Below are positions 24,071-35,460 of a stretch of DNA of 64,000 nucleotides, piece after piece. The position numbers were made by a program, and so were the translations under genes. The notes below the pieces were generated by a model. The model worked only from the letters and a program-made list of their open reading frames with translations, was not told the DNA's origin and searched no databases. The stretch is taken from assembly GCA_965113315.1 (NCBI GenBank), contig OZ220367.1, one strand, 5' to 3'. Numbering within the stretch: the stretch's first letter is position 1; each line of letters begins with the position of its first letter. The stretch is from Podarcis vaucheri. Its lineage: Eukaryota.

Positions 24071-24663
24071 GTTATCTGTCACTTGGACTACTGCTATACG
24101 CTCTATGTGGGGCTACCTTTGAAGGTGACCCAGAAACTATAACTAACCCAGAATGCGGCAGCTAGACTGGTGACTGGGAGCGGCTGCTGAGACCACATAA
24201 CTCCGGTCTTGAAAGACCTACACTGGCTCCCAGTACATTTCCGAGCACAATTCAAATGTTGGTGCTGATCTTTAAAGCCCTAAACGGCCTCTGTCCAGTA
24301 TACCTGAAGGAGCATCTCCACCCCCATCATTCTACCTGGACACTGAGGTCCAGCACCAAGGGCCTTCTGGCGGTTCTCTCACTTCGAGAAGTCAAATTAC
24401 AGGAAACCAGGCAGAGGGCCTTCTCGGTAGTGGCACCCACCCTGTGGAACACCCTCCCACCAGATGTCAAAGAGAACCACAACTACCAGACTTTCAGAAG
24501 ACATCTGAAGGCAGCCCTGTTTAGGGAAGCTTTTAATGTTTGATGGACTACTGTATTTTAATGTTCTGTTGGAAGTCACCCAGAGTGACTGGGGAAACCC
24601 AGCCAGATGGGCGGGGGTATGAATAAATTGTTGTTATTGTTGTTGTTGTTGTTGTTGTTGTTG
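24071..24663 (+). mobile_element. L2 LINE 3' fragment
   Basis: ORF 24256-24543 has FKALNGLCPVYLKE...RAFSVVAPTLWNTLP...FRRHLKAALF. (ttg)n tail; paralog of 40205-41120. Confidence 0.92.
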
Positions 24664-26411
24664 GAAGTAAAAAAGTGAGAGCTGCAACAAAATGTTGCAG
24701 TATATCCTACCACAAATAGGATCACTCCTGTTCAGGGTTCCAGCTGGCCATTCATTCCCTCCTCCAGGATACTACAAGTTTAAGCAGGCAAATGCACTAT
24801 TCAGTCCCCGCCTCATTTTCCAGTTTTTTTTTTCCCCCATCTGACAACCCATGGCTCCTAAAAGCTATTAATTATGCCTTGCTCAGATTGGACTGTTTTG
24901 TGATTTTTTTAATGCCTTTGTTTTTGAAATATTGTGTGCTCCTGCCTATCTCAATGTTCATGTGAACATGCTTCTACATGCTTATACTTCATTTTTTGTT
25001 TCTAAGTTACCCTGTTTGGGGTCCAGTCCTGCTGCCACTTGGTAACCTGAATTTGTTGAACTAGCAATTTGTTGTTGCTAGTTTTAGGAAAAATTTGTAG
25101 TAGTATATCAATACCAAAACGTCAGAGCCAAAACGTCATATTCTCCACAATGACCAATTCTGACCACATAGTGGCAGTAATCCAAGGTTACTGAATTCAG
25201 GGTCTGCTGCCAGCTAGAGCCATGAGGAGTTTTCAGTCCAAGTAGCCAGATTCACATATGCACAGGCAGGGTTGAGCAGACAGCTCAATAGAGAAGTTGG
25301 GAATAGCAGGTAAGCATCAGGACCCTGGACAGATCACAAGAGAATTAGAAAGCCGCATGAGCAATAGCTTCTTAGGATGGAAGTCTCATGAAAATTTTCT
25401 TAAGTTTGCGGATCTTCTTCCTCCTTCTGGAATCCCAGGGTTATGAGTATTCATGGCACATCTTTTTTTTCTTTAATCAAATACTGGGGGCATATTTAGG
25501 CACGTGAATGTTTCTGCACCTGAGCATTTATATGTGATCTTTACCCTCTTGTATTTAAATTCATTACCAATCCCCTGTGACATCATAATGGTGGCACAGT
25601 TGTGGGGTAGATACATTTAATAACCTGATTAAGGTGCATTTGGAACATTGAAAAAGATATAGTCAGAGAGATAAGTATTCTGCTTACAAGACTGAATTAT
25701 CCAAATCTTATGCCAGAATAGCTCCCGTGATTGTAATATAGTGATGACTTGAGAATGCTCACATATGATTCTATATTCTTGGAAAGTTCAGAAAGGAGAT
25801 CATGATCCTCTTTGTTACAGGATTTTAAGCAGAGGCTGGATGATTAGCTGTAAGCAGTTCTGTAGCAGTGGAGCAAGGGGTGGGCTAGGTAATTGCTGAG
25901 GTAACTTCCGCCTCCATGGTTCTATTATTATTCTTGTCAAATCAATCAACCACTCTAGCTTAGACTGGATCAGAGATGACATCTAGTGAATATGTTTAAA
26001 GAGCAAGTGTGCAAAGATCATTTCATAGATATTGCATGAAAAAAAAATTATAAACAATTTTGAGAGTTAGAAGCACTCTGCCTCCTGTTGTTCCCAACAG
26101 CCATCCATCAATCACTCCCTGTTGCCTCATAATTCACTTTACATGACTGTGAAGAAAAGCAAAGTCCTTTCTCTCTCTGCTGTACTCCCTCTCCCAATTC
26201 TCTTTCTCCAACATTCTATTAAAAAGCACATGGTTCTACAAGAACAGATGTATGGAAATCTATCAAATGCGTATTTTTTAATAGATCTGAATTTGTTTTC
26301 ATTATTCACAAAATGCGTGGGTGTAGCATTTTGAAAGACATCTAATCATTTACACCATGGTATCAATGCGACATCAGTTGCCTCATTTGCATGTATGTAT
26401 CTCACTCAATA

Positions 26412-26626
26412 GATAAATAGGTACCGCTTTATAGCGGGAAGGTAAACGGCGTTTCCGTGTGCTGCGCTGGTGCAGACTCGCCAGAGCAGCGATGTCACGC
26501 TGGCCACATGACCCGGATGTGTCTCCGGACAGCGCTGGCCCCTGGCCTCTTGAGTGAGATGGGCGCACAACCCCAGAGTCTGTCAAGACTGGCCCGTACG
26601 GGCAGGGGTACCTTTACCTTTACCTT
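26412..26626 (+). mobile_element. Sauria SINE, 5'-truncated (second subfamily)
   Basis: gataaataggtaccgct...ggcccgtacgggcaggggtacctttacctt; 14-bp TSD tatctcactcaata (26398-26411 / 26627-26640). Confidence 0.92.
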
Positions 26627-27301
26627 TATCTCACTCAATATTGCTAGTGAAAAGTGGAAGTCAGAAAATTCTGCAATCTCTCCTCCCTCTTGAAGAAAAA
26701 ACAAGAACCAACTTCATTCCGCCTTCTGTGCCATTCCAAGAAAATCCTATTACTATATGCCGATCTTGTTACATTGTTGGGTCTAGAGAATATACCAAGG
26801 AAATATTTTGACTGTGTGGGTGTCATTGATTTTTTTAAAAAATAAGCCTATGCTAAACAAGGCTATAAAATACTTCCAGGAAAAATGCACGTGATGGAGA
26901 ATTATCCTTAAGTACCAACAATGTTTACTCTCCTGATAATGTTTAGAATGAGAGAGAATGGTTATTTTGTTTGTGACATAGCTCTGTTTGGCCAGCATTG
27001 GTTTAATTAAATGGGGGGTGGGGGTGGAATGTACAGAAGCCAATTATCCAACTGTTCCTAGACCAGCTGTAAATGCCACCCTCATCCCCCCCAAAAGCCT
27101 CCTTGACTGATTTTGTTCAAGCAAACAATATACATACACACAGCTTTGAACAAACTGTTGCCAAAGATCAAGGGCTGGAGTTTAACGGGGAAAGGTAGAA
27201 GTTTGCCTTTTGACTGCAAAAAGCTTTCTTTTTTTGAAGAATGAATTAATGAAGCAGAGAGAAAAATGAGCATCTGGGGGCATCTGTGCTAGGCCAGTTA
27301 T

Positions 27302-27356
<55 letters not shown>
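27302..27356 (+). repeat. (AAC)n microsatellite
   Basis: Direct tandem repeat. Confidence 0.98.
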
Positions 27357-30222
27357 GAAAATTTTGCTTATAACACATATGGGGGAGGGAGCAAAGGAAT
27401 GACAATGAAAAGCAAGGATCTGTTTTAGAGTTGTAAGCAAGGTTCTAAACCAGGATGAAGTCATCTGAAGGAGGCTGACAGCAGGAAGATGTGCCTTTCC
27501 CCCTCTTACCATAGCACAGTGGTCCCCCCCCATGCTTTTCTGTGTTTTTCTATTGCTGTTTTATGTTGTGTTTTTGTATAAACAGTTTAATGATATCACT
27601 TCTGTTTGTTTTTGCTTAGAGATATTTTGGAGCGTTAAGGGGTATATCAAGGCTTTTCAACAAATAAATATTATGAGCAGACAATTTCATTGCAGAATTT
27701 GGAGAAGTGTGAAAACCAGGCAATAACTGCAGTCTGATCCGCGTGTTAGTCTGGGAGCTGCCAATGAGGTCAGTACATATTAGAGTCTGCAAAGAACGAA
27801 TTCCTCAAGCATCTCTATGGACTCTGCAACCGCTCTCCCTCTCCCCCCCCCTCTCTTTCTCTCTCAGCTTTTGCCTTGGCTAGATCTGTGGCTCTGGGGT
27901 TTATTTTTAAACACAGATAACCACAGATTTCTTCAGTGCCATTTGTGAATGCAGCAGAGCTGTCGCTGGTTTGCGCATGAAGGGTTTTAAGTTTTTCGGG
28001 GTCAAAATGTACTTGTCTTTCTTCACATGAGTAGCCCAATTTAGCTTCCCTATGACTATTTATATGAGCAAATTGAACATGCTGTGTTTCCCCTGGATGT
28101 TCCAGCTTGCAGATTAGCAAGGGCACCGGTCTCTGTGTAAGGCAGAACAGAATCGCCACTCAGGCTGACCCAGCTGCGTTTCCAAGCCTAAATGAGCACA
28201 GAAGCAAAAGAGGTTGGTAATGAACTGCATGGGCATTAACCAGAGGGCATACTGAAACCCCTATTTCTTAATTGAGACCGTTGCATTTTCACAGCTGTCA
28301 AGAGAAAAGAAGTCGGGAAACTACAGTGACTGTGCGCTGTGACTTCAGAGGCATTTTATGAGGAAAACTGTAATAATTTGCACACAAAAATTATATTAGC
28401 AAATGGATGCCATTATGACGAAGGCAAGTATTGTGCGAGGGCTTGTGGAATGCAAGGATCTCGAGTGGATGCTATGCTTCTCTAGGTTTTCTTTGGACTT
28501 CTCTGTTGGAGGGATGTCTGTCAGTGAGGATGAAGGATAGGTGAATCAGTCTATTTTCAATCCATGATCCACTTCCACACATGTTCACCCATAAATTTGT
28601 TCCGTCCCGATTCTGCATGTGTGTGTGTGTTTAACAAGTGTTTTTAAATATGTGTTGTTGTTTTTCATGTACTCTGAAGCATATTTCCCCCTCAAAATAT
28701 TCATTTCTCAAAAGAAGCATTTAAAATTACTTTTGATACCCACATTGGAACATTGGGAAGTGTCACAGTCGGTGGATACCAAAGTTTTGATCTGCATGTG
28801 AGTCTGGGAGGTGTGGATCAAGAAAGCTCCTTTCACCATATGCAAAGACTGAATTCAATCACTTCTAGTGAGAATGAGGCCAACCAGTGCTAACACGAAT
28901 TTGGCCTTCACCATCACACACACAAAAATTGGAAGCATCCAGTGGAAAGGAGAACCATTCTCAAGAAGCAGAAGGAAGAAGAATTAATTTTTAAAATGCA
29001 CTACCCTTTCTTCAGCATCTAGAAGTTGGTTTTCCTTTCTTGCCCTTACCATCACAGCGTCACAAAGTATAGAGTTCTGTTTCCCCTCTCCCAAGCATTA
29101 AATGAGAGAAAGATGCATTCTGGCCTATTAGGAATCAGAGCTGCTCTCAGTATCTTCAATGGTCCAATGTAAGTGTTGCTGGTTCATATAGATGAGGCTC
29201 ATCCCCACTTCTCCTATTGTTGTGCCTGGAGGGTGACACTTGTAGGTACCATTTGGTCAGGGTTAAAGCTCATCCCAGCCCCTTCTGACCCTATGCATTC
29301 TCTAATCTCCACAATTCCTTCCTAGAGTTCTGTTTCTTGATCCTACTGGAGTCTGGCATCTGATGAAAAGCTGGAAATTGGTTTTTATATATAGATAGGT
29401 TTTGATTTTCATAAAATAATGAAAAGACAGTCCTTTTCCTCCCCTACCTGCGGCTATCTCTTTGTATGCCATTCAAAAGTCATTGTTAACCATTCACCTA
29501 GGCAAACATCTACAATGTTACAGCTGATACAAGAAGACGGGCGATGCAAAATTACAATATTAGCATATAAGTCACCCCATGTATAATTTATAGCAGCTGT
29601 CATTTAAACTCCCCGTCCTTCCCTCCCTCCATATTGTGCTCTAGATACAGTGTTCAATTTCAACTCATCTTTTCTCACTCTAGGTTGTGAAGGTCAAACT
29701 GAATGCAGGATTTCCTTCTACAACCAGAATCCAAGGTCAGCTTTTGAATTTGATGATCAAAACGTCCCACAGGACTGAGGGGCAAAAGCTGACAATCAGT
29801 TTCCAAGCTCAAACAACTACTGGCTAATTGCTGAGCGAGTTTTTCTTCTGCAGATGGAGCTAAAACCTTTTATTTTGTTATGAATGTAATAATATAATTC
29901 ACCACGTTTTTCATCATCTGCATGGCAAAGGATAATCTGTCATACATTAGGCCAGACCTGTGAGTAATCCACACTAAGTAAATATATAAATCTAAACAAA
30001 GGTGATATCCAAATTCTCTACCAAGGGCAGCTGCATGCTGTGGCATGTATATGTTGTGCAAATTGTGCTAATTTAAGTTATTTATCTAATTTTGCATAGT
30101 TTGTTCTTTAAGTTGGGGTTTTTTGCTAGTCATGGGATGGCAATGACATTGAAATTCCATTCATCTGTCATTTATGGAATGTGAAATTGCAACAGGAATT
30201 ATCACATCCATTAAGTCTAGAA

Positions 30223-30230
30223 ACTACTAC

Positions 30231-30274
<44 letters not shown>
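30223..30274 (+). repeat. (CTA)n(CTT)n compound microsatellite
   Basis: Direct tandem repeat. Confidence 0.95.
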
Positions 30275-30275
<1 letters not shown>

Positions 30276-30572
30276 AGCAAAAGCAGGGATGTTCAGGAAA
30301 GTGAATTTTGTGCCAACTACCAACTCTTGCACTACCACCTTGCACCAATCCTGCAGAATCCTGATTTACACAAAAACCTCCAATAGTCTGAGAACAAGTC
30401 AGGATGTTCTCATGCAGTATGATTTGAAGTTGGGATTGCTTTTCAGAAATGACATCTGCCTTTATCTGACTGCCTTTGCCCTGAGCAGAGACAAATTCTA
30501 CTAGTTGGGCCAGGAACTTACTGCAACAAACCTTTGTTTAGATAAAGTGTTAGATATCCTCCCAAATGTTCA

Positions 30573-30706
30573 NNNNNNNNNNNNNNNNNNNNNNNNNNNN
30601 NNNNNNNNNNNNNNNNNNNNNNNNNNNNNNNNNNNNNNNNNNNNNNNNNNNNNNNNNNNNNNNNNNNNNNNNNNNNNNNNNNNNNNNNNNNNNNNNNNNN
30701 NNNNNN
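30573..30706. other. Assembly gap (134 N)
   Basis: Run of n. Confidence 1.
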
Positions 30707-32167
30707 TATACTCAATGCATAGCTGGCAAAGCATGAGATGTGGAGGGTTAGCATATCTCTGACATTCTAAATGTTCTCTACAATTGCCACTCTTTAAGTT
30801 GAAGTCTATGGCTATAGACACATGCACAGAACCTATGAAATGGAGGAGACAAGGACCTAAGACAGCCCCTCATCCACCAGCTCCCTGACATATAACATTT
30901 TTTGCTGGGAAGGCCCACAATCCCTCCTGCCTTAGGGAACTTCCTTGCCCAGATTATGTTTTGATTTGGCTAATTATACTTATTTGGTTTCACCACAGTT
31001 ATGGTTTCTTGAGTCTTCTTTAAGGGTGTGCTAGCAATCCCCTGTTTAGGGGCATTGCATGGAGCAGATCCTGAACATGCTAGATTTTATTTGCAAAGGC
31101 AGATGATATGTTTGCTTTTTTAAAAAAAACAGGAGAGAACATCTTTTAAAAGGTGGAACCTGCATTGTGTGTGGATTAGTCCCAAAAAGACACCATGTTG
31201 CATGTGACCAGCTAATAGGGAAATTTCTGTTCCCATCAGAGACATCAAACTGCCCATACAGTCATGTACACGGAAGATATTTGAACTGACTTTGATTTCT
31301 GCCTTTCACCTTGTATGTACCAGTTCTGATGGATATTCATTCGATTTCCTAAGAAGTGGACAGGTCTACGTGATATTCAGACCCTTTATGGCCCCCAAAT
31401 TCTGTGACGACAACAACAAGCAAATTAAATTCAACGGAAAGAATTTTACACGAATTGGTTCATGGACCGAGCACAGCTAGATGAATGGAGAAAAGGATCA
31501 CTATAAACTGTAATCAGTCTCTGTCAGTGAGCTGGCCCAGAATAATGTTGCTTTCACTAATCTCATTTCCTGTCTTTTTCTCCTTGCTTTTAAGAAACTT
31601 ATCTTCACTAGGATAATATAGACGAGGTTCCCAAAGGAATTTCTTTCCCATTCCTTTTAAACCACATAGCTTATAACTTAGTTTTTCTAAGGGGGGGGGA
31701 ATGTAACTGAAAGGGAAAGGATTGGAAGAGAAAGATATGATATGAAGATGATAAGAGGGGGAGATAATTCGCACCAGAGGCAATTGCATTCAAGGATGTT
31801 CCATAGCTCAGCGGTGCAGTTCATGCTTTGCCTGAATAAGGAGATATACACAGTTCCTGCCATGCCCACTTCAAAAGATCTCAGGTCACAGGGCTGGGAA
31901 AAGCTGCTAATCAGGATAAAGATTATCAGGCTAGAAGGAGCAATGATCTCATTCAGTACAAGGCAGCAATAGCCAATGTGGCAGCAAACTGATGTTGTGG
32001 ACTACAACTCCCGTCATCCCTGACCATTGGCTATGTTGGCTATGTTACCTATGAAGAGTACCACACTGGATACTCCTGCTATAAGGGAACTTTATATGTG
32101 CAAAACTCCCTCTTGGCTACTTTACTGCATTTTCTGCACATATCATTTTATAATGTGTGTCTCTCTA

Positions 32168-32409
32168 CAGTGGTACCTTGGGTTAAGTACTTAATTCGTT
32201 CTGGAGGTCTGTTCTTAACCTGAAACTGCTCTTAACCTGAAGCACCACTTTAGCTAATGGGGCCTCCTGCTGCTGCCACGCTGCCGGAGCACAATTTCTG
32301 TTCTCATCCTGAAGCAAAGTACTTAACCGGAAGCACTATTTCTGGGTTAGCGGAGTCTGTAACCTGAAGCGTATGTATCCTGAAGCTTGTGTAATCCAAG
32401 ATACCACTG
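32168..32409 (+). mobile_element. Tc1/mariner (Tigger/pogo-like) MITE
   Basis: TIR cagtggtacc..., TA target duplication; same family as the 33537 and 47141 copies. Confidence 0.9.
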
Positions 32410-33110
32410 TATATATAAACCATTGCTTTTGGCTTGTGCATTAGTCATGGGAAAAGTAGTGGTGGGGAGATAGAGGGGCCTAGAACTGTTAGGTATATTC
32501 CTGGACTCTTCCCTGAATTTTCAGGTTTTAAAAAAGAGGGGAAGTTTCTAACCCGTTGGTGTTTGGAGATATAAGTATGCAAGCTGTATTCTCTATCCAA
32601 TTGCCCGTTGAGACTCTAATCCTAAACGCACTTACTAGGTTAGGGAGGCAGTTAGTCCAGTTCCACACAGTGGGGCTTACTTTCAAGTAAAAAAGGCTGT
32701 AATCCCAAATCCAATTATTGAGTATAAAGGGACTTACCTTGGAGTAATCCTGCATAGCATCACACTGCATAGGAAGCAAAACAGTTCCTGCCACCTAGTC
32801 TTCTACCCAGTAACTGGAATGACGGATAAACATTAAGTGTGTGTCTCTTCTCTGTGCGTATTTCCCTTTTTTTGAACACTATAAAATTAACATTTATTTT
32901 ATGAATATTAAATACATTTCAAGTATAAGTAAATAATGCTATTAGGCTACCAACTGCTTTATAATACGATCTGACTGCTCTGTAATAATTTTCTGCCCAC
33001 CCACATGCACACATTCCCAGTGTGCCTTGGATGCCCTCACCAAAAGAATTCTAACTATGATGCTATGAGTTAATAGATTTAATAAGCCTGGGAAGTTCCA
33101 GGGACATCCT

Positions 33111-33262
33111 AAGCTATAGCTCCATGGTAGAGCATCTGCTTTGCATGCAGAAGGTTTGAGGTTCAATCCCCAGCATCTCCAGGTAGGACGGGGAGAGTCC
33201 CCTGCCCGAAATCTTGGAGAGCTGCTACAAGTCATTCTCAGTCTAAGGCAGCTCCCAATGAA
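33111..33262 (+). mobile_element. tRNA-derived Squam3-like SINE (other copies near 31795-31970 +, 44097-44285 +, 44310-44465 +, 51160-51320 -, 53866-54052 -)
   Basis: tagctccatggtagagcatctgctttgcatgcagaagg...ggttcaatcccc head followed by ggagagctgct. Confidence 0.75.
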
Positions 33263-33536
33263 TCTGGGGTGCTGGTGCACTGTATGTGTATTTGTTGGCA
33301 TCATGTGAGAGAAAAGCAGCAAGGCAATTCTTATGTCAGGTCAGCCTAAGTTGAGATTCATCAAACTAGATGCAGCCACATGAATCTACACCACATAATA
33401 GGGACTTGGAGGAAAAAACAAAACCTGCAAGCTGGCTTCAGCAATGAGGACGGTGGTCTCAAATCTTCTTTTCAGATCCATATAAACCTAGGGCATGACT
33501 TCAAAGCACTGTTTTCCAATACAGGGTTAACAAGTA

Positions 33537-33778
33537 CAGTGGTACCTCGGGTTACATACGCTTCAGGTTACATACGCTTCAGGTTACAGACTCCGCTAAC
33601 CCAGAAATAGTACCTCAGGTTAAGAACTTTGCTTCAGGATGAGAACAGAAATCGTGCTCTGGCGGCCCAGTGGCAGCGGGAGGCCCCTTTAGCTAAAGTG
33701 GTGCTTCAGGTTAAGAACAGTTTCAGGTTAAGAACGGATCTCCAGAACGAATTAAGTTCTTAAGCCGAGGTACCACTG
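33537..33778 (-). mobile_element. Tc1/mariner MITE, inverted relative to the 32168 copy
   Basis: TIR cagtggtacctcgg / ccgaggtaccactg, TA TSD; interior is the reverse complement of 32168-32409. Confidence 0.92.
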
Positions 33779-34729
33779 TATCCTGTAAAAGGGACTGTCT
33801 CTGGCTTATAACGTATCACCAATGAACCTCCTCTGGAAAAAGAACAAGAGAAGATTTGGCAAGGAACTGGCAACCTGTGTGGGCTTTGTTTGGCTTGTCC
33901 CAGGTTTGTCTTACATTGTAAAAGTAATATATTGCATTTTATCAATGGCAGGAGGCCAGATTCAAGTTCCTTTTCAATTGTGGCACTCATGTATAGTTCC
34001 CATTCATTCCACTCAGTTTGCATATGAAAACCTCCCAGTGGATTATGGCCATGGTGGGCTTTTGTGCAATGCAGGAATGTCCCGCACTTTGCAAAATCAG
34101 CAGAGGCTAGCAAAAGTGCAGAGCAGCGATGAAAGCAAAGGCCTCCTTCGTTCTCGTTGAGGCTCTGACACTGAAACCATACAAAATTCATTTGGCCTTG
34201 GTTTTCATTACACATTCAGACCAAGTTTGTAAAAAGGATTGCTGTGGTTCATGAATCTTTCAAGCAAACTTGTTCTGATCTATGCTTTTGCATAGCAGTC
34301 ATGCAAAATTCATCACCTTCTAAGGGTTCTTGACACAAAAGTAGGTGGCATTAGGTGTTTTTTGCACGGATTTGGCTTTCAGAATTTTCTGTAAGGGTCA
34401 TAACCGAAATTCAAAGCAGAACCCACAAGGAGCAATGCCAATGCTGAAAAATACATTAAATAATATTCCCCATTTTAGAACTCGTGTCTTTGAGGATTCA
34501 AATTGTATGAATGGCTAATGATTCTTCAATCTCTCTAATGCATATATTCCTTCCTCGCTTCTGCTTAGTATCTGCCCAGTAATATTGAATGGGGTAGGTT
34601 GGGGTTGAATCTATCTATCTAAAGCACGAGTGATGGAACTTTTCCAGCCAGCCTAAAAGCTAAAGGTGTTGATCAGATGTGAGGATGCATGGATTCAGTC
34701 AGGACCACAGACAATCCATTTAAATCAAC

Positions 34730-35460
34730 TGTAATTCAGTCTGTCATCGGATGTCCCAACCGCCCTCCCTGCATGTTTGGCCCTACCTGAAGATGAACAG
34801 GCAGAGCATGTTCGTGACTTGCTATTCTTTTCAGTAGCCTTTCTGCTAAATGCTTGGCTAGTGTAAAGGTTGTGTTAGTTACTCTGTGGAACAGAGATGG
34901 GCAAGTAATCTGGCTGTCAACATCCTGTTTCCTGTTTCCTGCTATTGAACCAATTAATCACTGTATTCAACGCCAGGGAGGAATTTGCCTGCAAACCAAT
35001 TAGGCTGGGCTGGGGGTTTTGCCTACCTCATAGCAACCATCACAACTTGTGTGGGGGGGAGGCATTGGGTTGGATCCTTAGCCTAAACAAGGGGGGGAAT
35101 GAGTCTTTAACCCTCTCTCAGGATCAAGTATCAAGGATATCCCAGTAAAGAAGTCCAGGAGGAAAGTTTTTGCCCAAATGGGGCTAAAGGGCCACAGAAT
35201 TCCTAATGGCGTCCCAGGAGGATCGCTCCATTTGATGGGCATTAGGGTGCAAACCTTAACCCAAGATCAACCCTAATGTGTTAATCAACCAGCACTCAGT
35301 CTCATTGATTCAGAATACATACCCAATGCCTAAGCCAAAACTTACTTACATCTGTAATCCATAAAGTTGTGGCCATTTCAATCCCAAGACATTGTCAAGA
35401 CATTTCTTCTGTTTGCTGAGCCCTGGCCCAGGAGGTTCTGAGCTCACTGTGCACAGGCCC
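34730..35460 (+). mobile_element. LTR-like retroelement repeat, copy C
   Basis: Core gggaggaattt...ggttttgcctacctcatagcaaccatcacaactt (34976-35048) and ataaagttgtggcc (35361-35374). Confidence 0.6.

Noticed and set aside
30505-30827. ORFs spanning 30.5-30.8 kb
   Set aside because: Artefacts of the N gap.
31292-31480. Short protein-like frame SSDGYSFDFLRSGQVY...
   Set aside because: Ends in a stop with no homology I can recognise; better treated as possible non-coding conserved sequence.
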